From an uncultured Verrucomicrobiae bacterium (GTDB lineage: Bacteria; Verrucomicrobiota; Verrucomicrobiia; Chthoniobacterales; UBA10450): a stretch of DNA of 64,000 bases. Position 1 is the stretch's first letter; each line of letters starts with the position of its first letter. Under the pieces are notes generated by a model that saw only the letters and a list, made by a program, of their open reading frames with translations, had not been told where the DNA came from and ran no database searches. Of the stretch, positions 1 through 10,042 are shown one piece after another. The stretch covers positions 672,001 through 736,000 of the forward strand of contig CAVSDR010000006.1 in the NCBI GenBank assembly GCA_963726745.1. Direction: 5' to 3'. Position numbers and translations under genes: made by a program.

Positions 1-1722
1 AAGTGGCTTTCCGGCGGGCTCACCTTCGTTAACCTCGCCGTCTGCGCCGCGCTGCTGCTTGGCCTCGCCGCCGGCGGGTTAGGCAGCGGGATCGCACTCT
101 GCGCTGGTCTTGTCGGCCTCGGCGGAGCGGCCCTGGCTTTCTGGCGGACCGAAAGTGGCGAGGCCTCGGCAACAAATCGTTGCCTCGGATTTTGGCTGCT
201 GGCTGGCTGCTTCGGCTTTGTCGCCTTCCGTTCATTCTGCTGGCTTATCTTTAGCGACGGCACCGAGCTAAAGGTCCAATCGATTAATAACCTCGGCGAC
301 CTCTCGCTCCATCTCACCTACATCCGGAACTTTGCCAGCGGCGTCGCCTTGTGGCCGGAAAACCCGATCCACTTTGCCAGTCATCTCCGCTACCCGGCCG
401 GGACGGACCTGTTTAACTCCCTCCTGCTTCTCCTCGGGCTCGACCTCTATCATGGGCTCATCTGGGCCGGCCTGCTCGGGTCGCTGGCTACTTTCTATGC
501 GCTCCATCGCTGGGGCGGTAATTTCGCGATCGCCGGCTTTCTTTTTAACGGCGGCCTTGCCGGCTTGCAGTTCTTCCACAGTTGGAAACTGCTCGATTAC
601 CAGGGCGACAAGAGCGTTGCCTGGAAAAGCCTGCCGCTTTCCATGCTTGTGACCCAGCGCGGCCTGCTTTACGCGCTCCCCGCCGGTTTGCTGCTCCTGG
701 CGAGCTGGCGTTCCCGTTACGCGGAGGAAAAAAAGGCGCCGCTCCCCTTTTGGCTCGAGCTCTCGCTCTATGCCTCGATGCCACTTTTCCACATCCATAC
801 TTTCATGGCCTTAAGTATCGTGGCCGCCTGCTTGTTTGTCTTTGCGGAGCGCCCCTTGCGCCTCTACTTCGCGAAGCTGGTGGGGCTGGCTTTTCTCCCC
901 GCGACCTTCTTTGTCTGGACGATTACGGATCACTTCCAAGCCAGCTCGCTACTGACCTGGAAGCCGGGCTGGGTGCAGAACAATGGCGACTTCGCGATGC
1001 CTTTCCTTAAGTTCTGGCTGTTTAATTTCGGTCTCTGGCCGGTCTTCGTGTTTCTTCTCCTGGGTTTTTGTTTCTGGCAGGCCGGAAAAGCCAGGCGAGT
1101 AACTCCCAGCCTGGCTTTTCTCCTCCCGGCCAGCTTGCTGTTTATTTTCGCCTGGCTGGTGAAGACGGCGCCTTGGGAATGGGATAACATCAAAATCATC
1201 CTTTGGGCTTACCTGATCATGCTTCCTTTTCTTTGGCGGGAGTTGGTGGCCCGCTGGTCGATGCCGGTGCAAGTTGCTGTCTGTTTGGCGCTCTTTAGTT
1301 CCGGCGCGCTTTCCTTGCTTGGTGGTTTGGTCAGCAACCAAAGCGGTTTCGGTGTAGCTAACCGGGCCGAGCTCGACGCCGTCGGCGTAGTGGTGGCGAC
1401 GCTCCCGCCGGAAGCGCGCTTCGCGGCCTTCCCGACTTACAATCACCCGCTCCTGCTCCAGGGCCGGAAGGTGGTCCTGGGTTATCCCGGTCATCTCTGG
1501 ACCCAAGGCTTTGAGTATGGGCCGGCGATGGAGCAACTGAACGCGCTCATGCTGGGCGCACCCGGCTGGCGCGACACGGCCGGCAAGTTGCGCGTGCGTT
1601 ATCTCTTCTGGGGACGCGAAGAAAAGGCGAACTATGCCCGCAGCACCCGGCCTTGGGAACACGAGGCGACGTTAGTCGCAGAGGGCGACTGGGGCGCGAT
1701 CTACGATCTCGGCACTCGTTAG
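1..1722 (+). CDS. Polytopic membrane protein, GT-C-fold glycosyltransferase-like (5' truncated)
   Basis: Frame 1 is open from base 1 to TAG at 1720-1722. Many TM segments; NNLGDLSLH..YIRNF..WPENP loop; soluble C-terminal region with LGYPGHLW. Confidence 0.6.
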   Translation, partial: KWLSGGLTFVNLAVCAALLLGLAAGGLGSGIALCAGLVGLGGAALAFWRTESGEASATNRCLGFWLLAGCFGFVAFRSFCWLIFSDGTELKVQSINNLGDLSLHLTYIRNFASGVALWPENPIHFASHLRYPAGTDLFNSLLLLLGLDLYHGLIWAGLLGSLATFYALHRWGGNFAIAGFLFNGGLAGLQFFHSWKLLDYQGDKSVAWKSLPLSMLVTQRGLLYALPAGLLLLASWRSRYAEEKKAPLPFWLELSLYASMPLFHIHTFMALSIVAACLFVFAERPLRLYFAKLVGLAFLPATFFVWTITDHFQASSLLTWKPGWVQNNGDFAMPFLKFWLFNFGLWPVFVFLLLGFCFWQAGKARRVTPSLAFLLPASLLFIFAWLVKTAPWEWDNIKIILWAYLIMLPFLWRELVARWSMPVQVAVCLALFSSGALSLLGGLVSNQSGFGVANRAELDAVGVVVATLPPEARFAAFPTYNHPLLLQGRKVVLGYPGHLWTQGFEYGPAMEQLNALMLGAPGWRDTAGKLRVRYLFWGREEKANYARSTRPWEHEATLVAEGDWGAIYDLGTR

Positions 1723-2533
1723 GAGCGGACGCGTCGCCGGCGCCAGTTGGTCCGGGCCCAGGACGACTTGCCGCACCTTCAGCTTTTGCGCGACAAAGTA
1801 AGGCACGCCGCCGCCCGGGACAATGTCCTCCGCAGCGAGAAACACGATCAGCTTGCCTTCCCGGCCGTCGCTGCGATACCCGCGCACGATCTGCTCCGCG
1901 GCGAACTCTTGCCGGAGGAGTTGTGCGCGATAGGCCGCCGGCAGGTCGGGCTCACGGCCGGCCATCCGCTCTGCAAAAACCTGGTAGCCCTCGCGCGGCG
2001 TCTTGTAACCCGCGGGCAGAGAAGCCGCGCTCTTCACTCGTTAGGTTCTCGCCGCGCGCGACTTTTTCCCGCAGCGGTCCCGGCAAACCGAGCGCGAGCT
2101 GCGGCACCCCGGCAAGCTCGCGCAGGACTGCGCGGCAATGCTCGCGCGCCCGCCCGGTGCCGCCGACCTCCAGACGACTGACCAACTCGCCTCGCGCGCT
2201 CCCGTTACGTCCAGTCAGGTCGTCGAGCAGCGGCTGTTGCGTCGCGGCCACGCTCCCCCAGGCGATCACCAGCGGCAGGCCGCTCTGCTGCGCCGCTTCC
2301 ACCAGGAGGGCGGCAGGCTCTGCGCGGGCGCCGAAGACGGCGCGTTCCTGCGGGAAGTAGATAATGTCGGCTGCGCGCACGAGCGCGCTGTAATCGGTCG
2401 CAGCCGCAGGACCGCCGGCGTGCTCGATCGAGGAATGGCGCGGCAAAGGCGGCTGCGAGGAAAAAAGGGCGCACCCCCCGAAGGCGACGGCCAGGGTCGC
2501 AAGTAGCACTAGCCTAACGAGTCGTCTAGCCAC
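1672..2533 (-). CDS. Lipoprotein, possibly ChaN-like (frameshift near 2020)
   Basis: GTG at 2533 and lipobox AFGG-C. ORF 1952..2638 (ADIIYF.E) continues in ORF 1672..2037 (AAYRAQLLRQEFAAEQI..GGGVPYFV) after one extra base. Confidence 0.45.
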
Positions 2534-3344
2534 AGCGTTCCGGAAGGCGAATGGGCGGAGCGCAAGCCTCCGCGGAAGCAGCCGCGAACCGCCGGTGAGT
2601 TCGCCAGCCAGCCGCGAGAATGCGGCAGCCGATGGCAAAAGTGCGCCGCCAGTTCACCCCCGAGACCTTCTGCTCCCCGGCGCGGCGCGGACGCTCGGCG
2701 GCGTTCGTTTCCAAAATCCCCGCGCCCAGCCGCGCTGCGGCCACCTGGGCCTCGATCGTCCAGCCAAAGGTCATCTCGCGCGGGGCGATTCGCTCGAAGA
2801 GCGTCCGCTCAATCAAGCGCAACGGCGCGAGGTCGCTGAACCAGCGCCGCCCGAGCAAAGCCGCCCAAAGGCCCAAGGAAAAATTAGCCAGCACATGCGA
2901 CCAGCCCATGATTCGCCAATTCCTCCGCAAACGGGTGCGCGCGCCCAGGACAAGCGCGTAGCCCTGCTCCCACGCCCGGCTGAGCACGAGCACATCGGCC
3001 GGATCGCTGGCGCCATCACCGGCGAAAAAAACGTAAGCCCGCACGTCCGGCGCGACCGCCGCGAGCGCATCGATGGCCGCCTGGCAGCCGTGGCCATAGC
3101 CGCGCGCCGTGGTCTCGGCCACGACCACCGGATAACGCCGGGCGATTTCCGCGGTGCGATCGCAGGAAGCGTTCACACCCACGGCGACGATAAATTTCGG
3201 GGAAGCCAACGCGGTCAACAACTCCTCGAGGACGGCGCCGATGCAGGCCTCCTCGTTGCACGCCGGGATGACGATGGCGATGCGCGCTTCCTCCGCCGGG
3301 CGCGGGACGCGGCGAGCGGTCGGAAGCAGAATGGAGGAGTTCAC
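2526..3344 (-). CDS. GT2 family glycosyltransferase
   Basis: IVIPACNEE, GYGHGC, DGASDP, FGWTIE and R..GEQKVSG motifs. Confidence 0.85.
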   Translation of the reverse strand: MNSSILLPTARRVPRPAEEARIAIVIPACNEEACIGAVLEELLTALASPKFIVAVGVNASCDRTAEIARRYPVVVAETTARGYGHGCQAAIDALAAVAPDVRAYVFFAGDGASDPADVLVLSRAWEQGYALVLGARTRLRRNWRIMGWSHVLANFSLGLWAALLGRRWFSDLAPLRLIERTLFERIAPREMTFGWTIEAQVAAARLGAGILETNAAERPRRAGEQKVSGVNWRRTFAIGCRILAAGWRTHRRFAAASAEACAPPIRLPERCG

Positions 3345-3391
3345 CGGGAAAGTGTTACGGATGAGCGAAGGGGCGGGTTACCCTTCTTCTA

Positions 3392-3811
3392 TCACCGAGC
3401 GAGCGCCAAGACCAACTGCCCTTCGGCCACCGGCACGCCCTCGACCGAGGCGCGCACGGAAAACTGCCGCAGCTCGCCCATGGTCCCGATCTGTTCCGCG
3501 CGCAGCGCGATGACTTCTGCGGGGCGCGCCGCGCGGTGGAATTTCATCCCGCGAATCGCCGAGAGCAGGAAAAGCGGCCGCGCATTCTCCGGAAAACCGG
3601 AGGCCGCGGTGATGCCGGCTATTTGCGCCAGCGCCTCGGTCAAGATCACGCCCGGGACGAGCGGGTTGCCCGGGAAATGCCCGGCAAACATCGGGTCGCC
3701 CGCGTCAAACCAGGTCGCGCCCTCGGCCCACACGCCGGCCTCGAGGGCGCGCAACTCGCGCACGAAAACGAAGGGCGGCCGATGCGGCAGGCCAAGAAAT
3801 TCCGCCTCCAC
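3392..3811 (-). CDS. fabZ: 3-hydroxyacyl-ACP dehydratase, FabZ/FabA family
   Basis: LPHRPPFVFV and FAGHFPGNPLVPGVILTEALAQ hot-dog motifs. Confidence 0.85.
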   Translation of the reverse strand: MEAEFLGLPHRPPFVFVRELRALEAGVWAEGATWFDAGDPMFAGHFPGNPLVPGVILTEALAQIAGITAASGFPENARPLFLLSAIRGMKFHRAARPAEVIALRAEQIGTMGELRQFSVRASVEGVPVAEGQLVLALAR

Positions 3812-3812
3812 C

Positions 3813-4277
3813 TCAACCGTTCACGAAGTAAGCAAACTTCCAGCTGCCGTTGACCCGCCGGATGCCGGCGCGGTAGCCGGTGTAATCGACCGTGGGATTC
3901 GCGAATTGCGCGGGTGCGACCATGTAATCGCCCTTGGTCACGAAATTTTCCGTGATGATGCCCTCGAGCTCCGGCCAGAGGCCGTTCTCATCCCAATAGC
4001 GGAAGACGCCGTCGCCTTTGCGATCGGCCTCCGGGGTATCGCCCATGACGAAGGCAAAATCTTCCGTCATCATCGAGGCGATCGTGTGCACGTCGTGCGC
4101 CTCGATCGCCTTTCGCAAGCGCCCGAGGAAAGCATTGAAGTCCTGGTCCGCGGTCGGCTGGGCGGGTTGCTCTTTCTTGGTCTGGGCCGGCTCTTTTTTC
4201 TCCTTCTTCCCCCCGGAGCTTTTACAGCCGGCGAGGAAGACCGCGGAGAGGAGCAAGGAAAGAGCGAGGCGTTTCAT
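3813..4277 (-). CDS. Lipoprotein of unknown function (NTF2-like)
   Basis: MKRLALSLLLSAVFLAG-C lipobox; ends RRVNGSWKFAYFVNG. Confidence 0.7.
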   Translation of the reverse strand: MKRLALSLLLSAVFLAGCKSSGGKKEKKEPAQTKKEQPAQPTADQDFNAFLGRLRKAIEAHDVHTIASMMTEDFAFVMGDTPEADRKGDGVFRYWDENGLWPELEGIITENFVTKGDYMVAPAQFANPTVDYTGYRAGIRRVNGSWKFAYFVNG

Positions 4278-4312
4278 GTCGCGACAACGTCTTGCAGGTT
4301 CCCCCGGTGGAT

Positions 4313-5071
4313 TCAAGGCTGGCGTGCGCGCGCGCCTCCGTGCTGGTGACCGCCATGGCGCCGCTTTTGCAGCGGATGGCCGATGAAGATGAAATACATC
4401 GTCTTGAAGAGATCGCGGAAACTGCACGCTGGACTCGTTAGGCGACCCTCGCCCCGGCGCAGTGCGGCGAAGATATTCTCCGCGGTCAGCGCCGGCGGAC
4501 GCGGGATGCTGGTGTAGTGGTGGCCAAAGGCGCTCAATTGATGCGCATCGGACGTCGCCAGAAGTGGTCGGCTAAATTCTGCGGCAATCCGTCGCGCCGG
4601 GCGGTTACGATCGAACCAGCCCTTGTGGAAATGGCAGATCTCGATCGCATCGAAGCAATCGATCTGGGCCCGCAGGCGCGCCCCGCCGATGGAGCCGCCC
4701 ATGACGTAAAAGGGGTGCGGCGCGAAGGTAAAGAGCGAGTCCCCGCGCGCCGCGCGCAACCGGCGCAGATCGTCGAAGTCGTGCAGCCCCGCCGCTTCGG
4801 CCGCGGTCACGTTGAGCAGCACCACGTCCGCCCCGCGCAGCCGCATTTCCGCCGCCGGGATCAACAGGATGCCCATGGCCGCGGCATCGGCGAAGACTTC
4901 CGCCCGGTCGAAGACCGAGTCATGCAGGGTAATAGCCAGCACTTTGATCCCGAGCGCCCGCGCGCGCTCGAGCAATTGATGCGCGGTGTAGTCGAGGAAA
5001 TCCTTGGTGTCGTCGAGCGTATGGATGTGCAGGTCGAGCTTGATCGACTCTGGTTCCGGCGGCGGCGACAT
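4313..5071 (-). CDS. PHP-domain metal-dependent phosphoesterase
   Basis: DLHIHT, AITLHD, PHPF and TSDAH motifs. Confidence 0.85.
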   Translation of the reverse strand: MSPPPEPESIKLDLHIHTLDDTKDFLDYTAHQLLERARALGIKVLAITLHDSVFDRAEVFADAAAMGILLIPAAEMRLRGADVVLLNVTAAEAAGLHDFDDLRRLRAARGDSLFTFAPHPFYVMGGSIGGARLRAQIDCFDAIEICHFHKGWFDRNRPARRIAAEFSRPLLATSDAHQLSAFGHHYTSIPRPPALTAENIFAALRRGEGRLTSPACSFRDLFKTMYFIFIGHPLQKRRHGGHQHGGARARQP

Positions 5072-5256
5072 GGACCACGATGAAAGCAGACCAGAGGCCA
5101 TTCAACCCGCGGAGACCGGTTAAGAATTTTCGCGGCCGGCTGTTCCAGGCTTGACCCGGAACAACACCTTCAAGTAGGCCATCTCCTCGTCACTACCCCC
5201 GCCGCGGCTGGCGCTGCGGCTGGGCGCCCCCTCCTCCTCCTAACTCCGCCCCCCTT

Positions 5257-7848
5257 ATGAAGCTCTTTTCCTTGCACCCGCGGTGTGTCCTGCCTGCGGC
5301 TTCGCTCCTCGTTCTGGTCTTCTTTTTGCAACCCGAGGCTCGCGCGCAGCGCGAGACGCGCTCGAGTGCCTCCGCCGCCGGCGCGCAGGTCGGCGTGCCC
5401 GAAGCCGGCGCCGTCGCGATCAGCGCCACCACGGCCGAGATCATGGCCAACCCCAAAGCCACCGCCCCGCGCGACATCCAGTGGATCAAGCGCGAGCGCG
5501 ATGTCCCCGGCCGGGAGAATCGCCCGCCGCATCCCGCGGCCCAGCCAGTCTCGGGTTACCCGGAGGCCAGCGCTCCGGCCGAGCCGCTCCGCCGCGCGCT
5601 CCAGGTGGACGCTCCCCAAGCTGTCGGCACCAACTTTGCCGGCGCCACCCTGGCCGAGACCTTTTCCGTTCCGCCCGATTCCATGGGCGCGGTCGGCCCT
5701 TCGCAATTTGTCGTCTTCGTGAACGGCCGTCTCCGCACCTTCAACAAAAACACCGGCACGCCGGACGGCGTGCTCAATGCCAATCCCGACGTCTTTTTCG
5801 CCCCGGTCATGACCCCGGTGGTTTCGCCGGTTCTGCAAAACTTCACCAGCGATCCGCAGGTGCGCTACGATCGCCTCTCCCAGCGGTGGTTCCTCATCAT
5901 CATCGATGTCCCCTGCACCGACGCCTCCTGCGTCAGCACCGCGCCCAACCGCGTCCTCGTGGCTGTCTCCGATGCGGCCAGCGCGGGCGTGCTCAGCAAC
6001 ACCACCGTCTGGTCGTATTTCTATGCGCAACAGGACACCGTCGGCGGGGCGAATACGAATGAGTTCCTCGATTATCCCTCGCTGGGCGTGGACAAGAACG
6101 CGCTCTACATCGGCGGGAACATGTTTGACGCCACCGGCGGCACCTTCAACGGCTGCTCCGTTTTCGTTGTCCGGAAAAGTTCGATCCTGGGGGCGGGTCC
6201 GATCGTCACGACGGCTTTCCGCGGGGTGGTCCCTTCTCCAAGCTCCGACGGCCCTTACTCCCCGCGCGGGGTGGACAACTACGACCCCAGCGCCACGGAG
6301 GGATACTTCATCGGCGTCAGCAATGCGTTTAGCGGCAGCCTCATTCTTCGTCGCATTACCAATCCCGCAGGCACGCCGACGATCTCGGCGAATATCCCTT
6401 TCGCCGTTTCCAGCACTGCGGCTCCCATCCCGGTGGCTCACCTCGGCAATACGGGAGGCAATAACGGCCGACTCGATGCCCTCGACGATCGCCTTTACGC
6501 GGCCCACATCCGCAATGGCCGCCTCTGGACGGCGCACAGCATCGCCGTTGCCGCCACAGGCGTAGCTTCGGGCACCAACAGCGCCCGCCGCACCGCGGTG
6601 CGCTGGTATGAGTTGAATGTCCCAGCCACCACCGGCACGCCCACCGTAGTCCAGTCCGGCACGGTCTTTGACAGCGCCAGCACCGTCGCGGCCGCACGCC
6701 AGTTTTGGATCCCTACGATTATGGTTTCGGGGCAAGGCCACGCCGCCCTCGGCTTCAGCACCGCGGGCACGCCAAACTACGCCAACGGCGCCGCCAACGG
6801 GCGCCTCAAGAACGACACTCTCGGCACGCTCGGCGCCTTTAGCCTGATCAGCGCCAGCTCCACGGCCTACAATCCAGCGAGCGATCCCGGCGGCACCTCC
6901 GGCCGGCGCTGGGGCGATTACTCCTACACCAGTCTCGATCCGAACGACGACATGACCATGTGGACCATTCAGGAGTATTGCGACAATACGAACTCCTACG
7001 CCGTCCGCGTCGCCCGCTTGCTGGCCCCGCCCCCCGCGACTCCGGCTTCCACCAATAGCAGTGTGCCGCCTAACCAGTCCTCCACCAGCGTCGTGCTCAC
7101 CGGCACCTCCACCGCCGGCTCCGGCTTCTTCGATCCCGGCTCCGGTTTTGCCAGCCACATCAACGTCACCGTCAGCGGCGGCGTCGTCGTGAATTCCATC
7201 ACCTACACCGACCCGACCCACCTGACGCTCAACCTCGACACCACCGGCGCCACCACTGGCGCGAAGAACGTCACCGTGACCAATCCCGACGGCCAGGCGC
7301 TCACCGGAAACGGCATTCTCACCGTGGGCAATCCGCTTGTCCTCACCAGCGCGGCCTCCCGCCTGACCCACCAGAATGGCGGCGGCGATTTCGACATCGT
7401 CTTGCCCCTCAGCGGGACCGCCGGGGTCGAGCCGCGTAATGGCAACGGCAGCTACCTCCTCGTGCTGACCTTTGACCATCCGATCAGTGCCGGCAGTGCC
7501 GCCGTCACTTCCGGGACAGGCACCGCTGGAGCCATCACTTTTAGCGGCAATGAAATGCGGATTCCGCTCACCGGCGTGACCGATCAGCAAGAAACCACCG
7601 TTACCGCCACCAACGTCAGCGGACCGGGCACCATCACCCTCGCTTCCACCGTCGTGAAGGTGGGCTTCCTCATCGGCGATGCCAATACCGACCGGATGAT
7701 CAACTCGGGCGATGCCATCGTGACCCGCAACCGCTCCTCGGCCGCCCTCGATGCCAATACCTGCAAGTCAGATGTGAACCTCGACGGCCTGATCAACACC
7801 GGCGATACCATCATCGTGCGCAACCGGGCGGGTAACGCCCTGCCTTAG
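5257..7848 (+). CDS. Secreted beta-rich protein with Ig/IPT-like domain and C-terminal dockerin-like module
   Basis: Signal peptide; PPDSMGAVGP, DPQVRYD, DYPSLG and RWGDYS motifs; VTVTNPDGQ; paired Ca-loops GDANTDRMINSGD and SDVNLDGLINTGD. Confidence 0.75.
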   Translation: MKLFSLHPRCVLPAASLLVLVFFLQPEARAQRETRSSASAAGAQVGVPEAGAVAISATTAEIMANPKATAPRDIQWIKRERDVPGRENRPPHPAAQPVSGYPEASAPAEPLRRALQVDAPQAVGTNFAGATLAETFSVPPDSMGAVGPSQFVVFVNGRLRTFNKNTGTPDGVLNANPDVFFAPVMTPVVSPVLQNFTSDPQVRYDRLSQRWFLIIIDVPCTDASCVSTAPNRVLVAVSDAASAGVLSNTTVWSYFYAQQDTVGGANTNEFLDYPSLGVDKNALYIGGNMFDATGGTFNGCSVFVVRKSSILGAGPIVTTAFRGVVPSPSSDGPYSPRGVDNYDPSATEGYFIGVSNAFSGSLILRRITNPAGTPTISANIPFAVSSTAAPIPVAHLGNTGGNNGRLDALDDRLYAAHIRNGRLWTAHSIAVAATGVASGTNSARRTAVRWYELNVPATTGTPTVVQSGTVFDSASTVAAARQFWIPTIMVSGQGHAALGFSTAGTPNYANGAANGRLKNDTLGTLGAFSLISASSTAYNPASDPGGTSGRRWGDYSYTSLDPNDDMTMWTIQEYCDNTNSYAVRVARLLAPPPATPASTNSSVPPNQSSTSVVLTGTSTAGSGFFDPGSGFASHINVTVSGGVVVNSITYTDPTHLTLNLDTTGATTGAKNVTVTNPDGQALTGNGILTVGNPLVLTSAASRLTHQNGGGDFDIVLPLSGTAGVEPRNGNGSYLLVLTFDHPISAGSAAVTSGTGTAGAITFSGNEMRIPLTGVTDQQETTVTATNVSGPGTITLASTVVKVGFLIGDANTDRMINSGDAIVTRNRSSAALDANTCKSDVNLDGLINTGDTIIVRNRAGNALP

Positions 7849-7863
7849 CGCAATTTTTTTCAC

Positions 7864-7907
7864 CGCCCGCCGGGTCGCGCCTGGGGCGCCGCACGGCGGG
7901 CGTTTTT
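7864..7907 (+). terminator. Rho-independent terminator
   Basis: CGCCCGCCG...CGGCGGGCG stem followed by TTTTT, between convergent genes. Confidence 0.6.
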
Positions 7908-7913
7908 GTTTCG

Positions 7914-8447
7914 TTAGGCGCCGGGCGCGCTTTTCTTCGCCGCCTCCAGGATCATCTGGCGGAAGGCGTCGCCGGCGGCTTTCACCGTCGCCGCCGGGCC
8001 GGTCAGCTTCACGTAAACATCGCCGCCCGCATCCTCCAGGATCGCGCCGCGGAGCGCGTAGTCGGCCATCGGTTGCGTCGGACCGCCCGGCATCCCGCTG
8101 CTAAAAGTTCCCTCGGTGGTCGCGAAGGTCACCTTTACCGCGCCCACCTGAACCATCTCGGTTTTTTGTTTCGCTTCACTCCCGGCGAATTGGCCAAACC
8201 AGCGCTGGACGTTATCCGTCGCCGTCCCGCTCCCGCCGCCAAAGTGAAAGAAAGTCACGTCCGCCTTGGCCGCGTCCTGGCCCACTGCGAGCTGCGCGTT
8301 CCGCATCGGCGAACTCGGCTCCACTTTTTGCCAGCCCTCCGGCACGGCGAAGGTGAACGCCGCCACCTTGAAAGACTCGCCCGCGTGCAGCGGCGCCGCG
8401 GCGAGCAGGAAATGAAAGGCCAGCAAGGCGAGGAATCGTGAGCTCAT
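7914..8447 (-). CDS. Secreted hypothetical protein
   Basis: ATG 8447, signal peptide ending LHA; VPEGW..SPMR..GG..DNVQRWFGQF..VYVKLTGP. Confidence 0.7.
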   Translation of the reverse strand: MSSRFLALLAFHFLLAAAPLHAGESFKVAAFTFAVPEGWQKVEPSSPMRNAQLAVGQDAAKADVTFFHFGGGSGTATDNVQRWFGQFAGSEAKQKTEMVQVGAVKVTFATTEGTFSSGMPGGPTQPMADYALRGAILEDAGGDVYVKLTGPAATVKAAGDAFRQMILEAAKKSAPGA

Positions 8448-8567
8448 GCAGGACCTTGCCGCAACTGCTGCGCCCCGTCCAAGGCCGCAAAAAACAAAAC
8501 GCCGGCTCTCTTGCTTTCTCGTGTTGCTGACTAAATTGGAGGCCGCGCAAAACTCTGCGCCCACTCC

Positions 8568-8647
8568 GCTCGGGTGGTGAAATGGCAGACACGTACGTTT
8601 GAGGGGCGTATGCCGCAAGGCATGGGGGTTCAAGTCCCCCCCGAGCA
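8568..8647 (+). tRNA. tRNA-Leu(GAG)
   Basis: Acceptor GCTCGGG/CCCGAGC; anticodon arm TACGT-TTGAGGG-GCGTA; long variable arm; GGTTCAAGTCC T-arm; CCA not encoded. Confidence 0.95.
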
Positions 8648-8670
8648 CTTCTTTGCGCGGCGTTCCGCGC

Positions 8671-9211
8671 TCAGCGCCTAACGACCACCGGCGTGCCCGG
8701 CTTGACCGCTTCGTAGAACTGCTTCGCCCGCCAGTAGGGCATGCGAATGCAGCCGTGCGACGCTGGCTGGCCCGGGAGGTAGCCCGCGTGCAACCCGTAG
8801 CCCGGCGAGAACTGCACGAAGTACGGCATCGCCGCGCCCATGTAATGCGTCCCGCGCGGCTTGCGCTCGCGCCGCACGTCGACGTTCGCTCGCACCACCC
8901 GGCCCCGCGCATCTACGTAGGAACCGTAAGGCTGAGCGATGATCGGCGTCTTTCCGCTGCACCGCGAAAGTGCCACGCGGCGTCCCGTGCCCTTCGCGTC
9001 CGCTGGAGATGCGCGAGACCGCGGCCACGCCCGCCGCGATAGAGGTAGGCCCGCTGCTCGCTCAGGTCCACGACCACGCGGGCGCGACCAGAGTGCCGCT
9101 CGGGCAAATGCGTGGCCACGAGATCGCCCACGGTGCTGCAGGCGTTCAGGCCGCAGAGACTCGGAGCGCGAGCAGGAAAAGGGAAAGTCGGCGCACGCTC
9201 CTCCTTCGCAT
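8671..9211 (-). CDS. L,D-transpeptidase (YkuD-like), several frameshifts
   Basis: VVVDLSEQRAYLYRGG in one frame; MPYFVQF..GLHAG.LPGQPASHGCIRMP in another. Confidence 0.75.
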
Positions 9212-9274
9212 CCCGCCAACGCGCCGCAAGCCCCTTGCGCGCGGGCGCGGCGAAGGGGAAGGGAAATTGCCGCC

Positions 9275-10033
9275 ATGACGCACCTGCTCGTCCTTTGCGC
9301 TTTCTCGATGCTCGCCGGTTTCGTCGATGCCGCAGTCGGCGGCGGCGGCCTGATCCAACTTCCGGCTGCGCTCATCCTGCTGCCTGGCGTGCCCATCCCC
9401 ACGATTCTCGGGACAAATAAATTCGCCGCGCTCTGCGGGACCAGCTTTGCCCTCCAGCGTTACGCGCGGCATGTGCGGATCGATTGGCACCTCGTCGGGC
9501 CCACGGCCTTGGTCGCCTTTCTCTGCGCCTTCGGCGGAGCGCGCGCGGTCAACTTGCTGGACCCAAAGCTCCTCCGCCCGGTCATTCTCCTGCTGCTCGT
9601 GGTCGTGGCGATTTACGTCTTGCTGGCTAAAAATCTCGGCCTGGTCCACGCGCCGAAGCACACCCCGCGGAAGGCGCTGGGCCTCGGTCTCGTGGTCGGC
9701 GCGGCGCTCGGCTTTTACGACGGCTTTTTCGGCCCGGGCATGGGCAGCTTCCTCATCTTCGCCTTCGTCGGCTTGTTTGGCTTCGACTTCCTTTCCGCTT
9801 CCGCTTCGGCCAAGGCGGTCAACTGGTCGACTAATTTCGCCTCCTTGATCTACTTCGGCCTAACGAATCAAATCCTCTTCAAGATCGGCCTGGCCATGGC
9901 CGCGAGTAATGTCGTCGGCGCTCTCCTCGGTTCGCACCTCGCGATCGCCAAGGGCAGCCGCTTCGTCCGTGGCCTTTTCCTGGTGGTCGTCGGCGCGCTC
10001 ATCTTGAAGCTCACGCAGATGATGCTGTGGTAG
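9275..10033 (+). CDS. TSUP (TauE/SafE) family transporter
   Basis: AGFVDAAVGGGGLI, LGTNK and GFYDGFFGPG.GSF motifs. Confidence 0.9.
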   Translation: MTHLLVLCAFSMLAGFVDAAVGGGGLIQLPAALILLPGVPIPTILGTNKFAALCGTSFALQRYARHVRIDWHLVGPTALVAFLCAFGGARAVNLLDPKLLRPVILLLLVVVAIYVLLAKNLGLVHAPKHTPRKALGLGLVVGAALGFYDGFFGPGMGSFLIFAFVGLFGFDFLSASASAKAVNWSTNFASLIYFGLTNQILFKIGLAMAASNVVGALLGSHLAIAKGSRFVRGLFLVVVGALILKLTQMMLW

Positions 10034-10042
10034 GGTGCAGCT

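Noticed and set aside
2595..7590. Long antisense ORFs (2595..4349, 5170..7590; also 43341..45248 and others)
   Set aside because: Shadow frames of GC3-biased real genes, with no recognisable motifs.
7914..8912. 332-aa ORF running through tRNA-Leu
   Set aside because: The real start is ATG 8447 (signal peptide); the upstream part is antisense to the tRNA.
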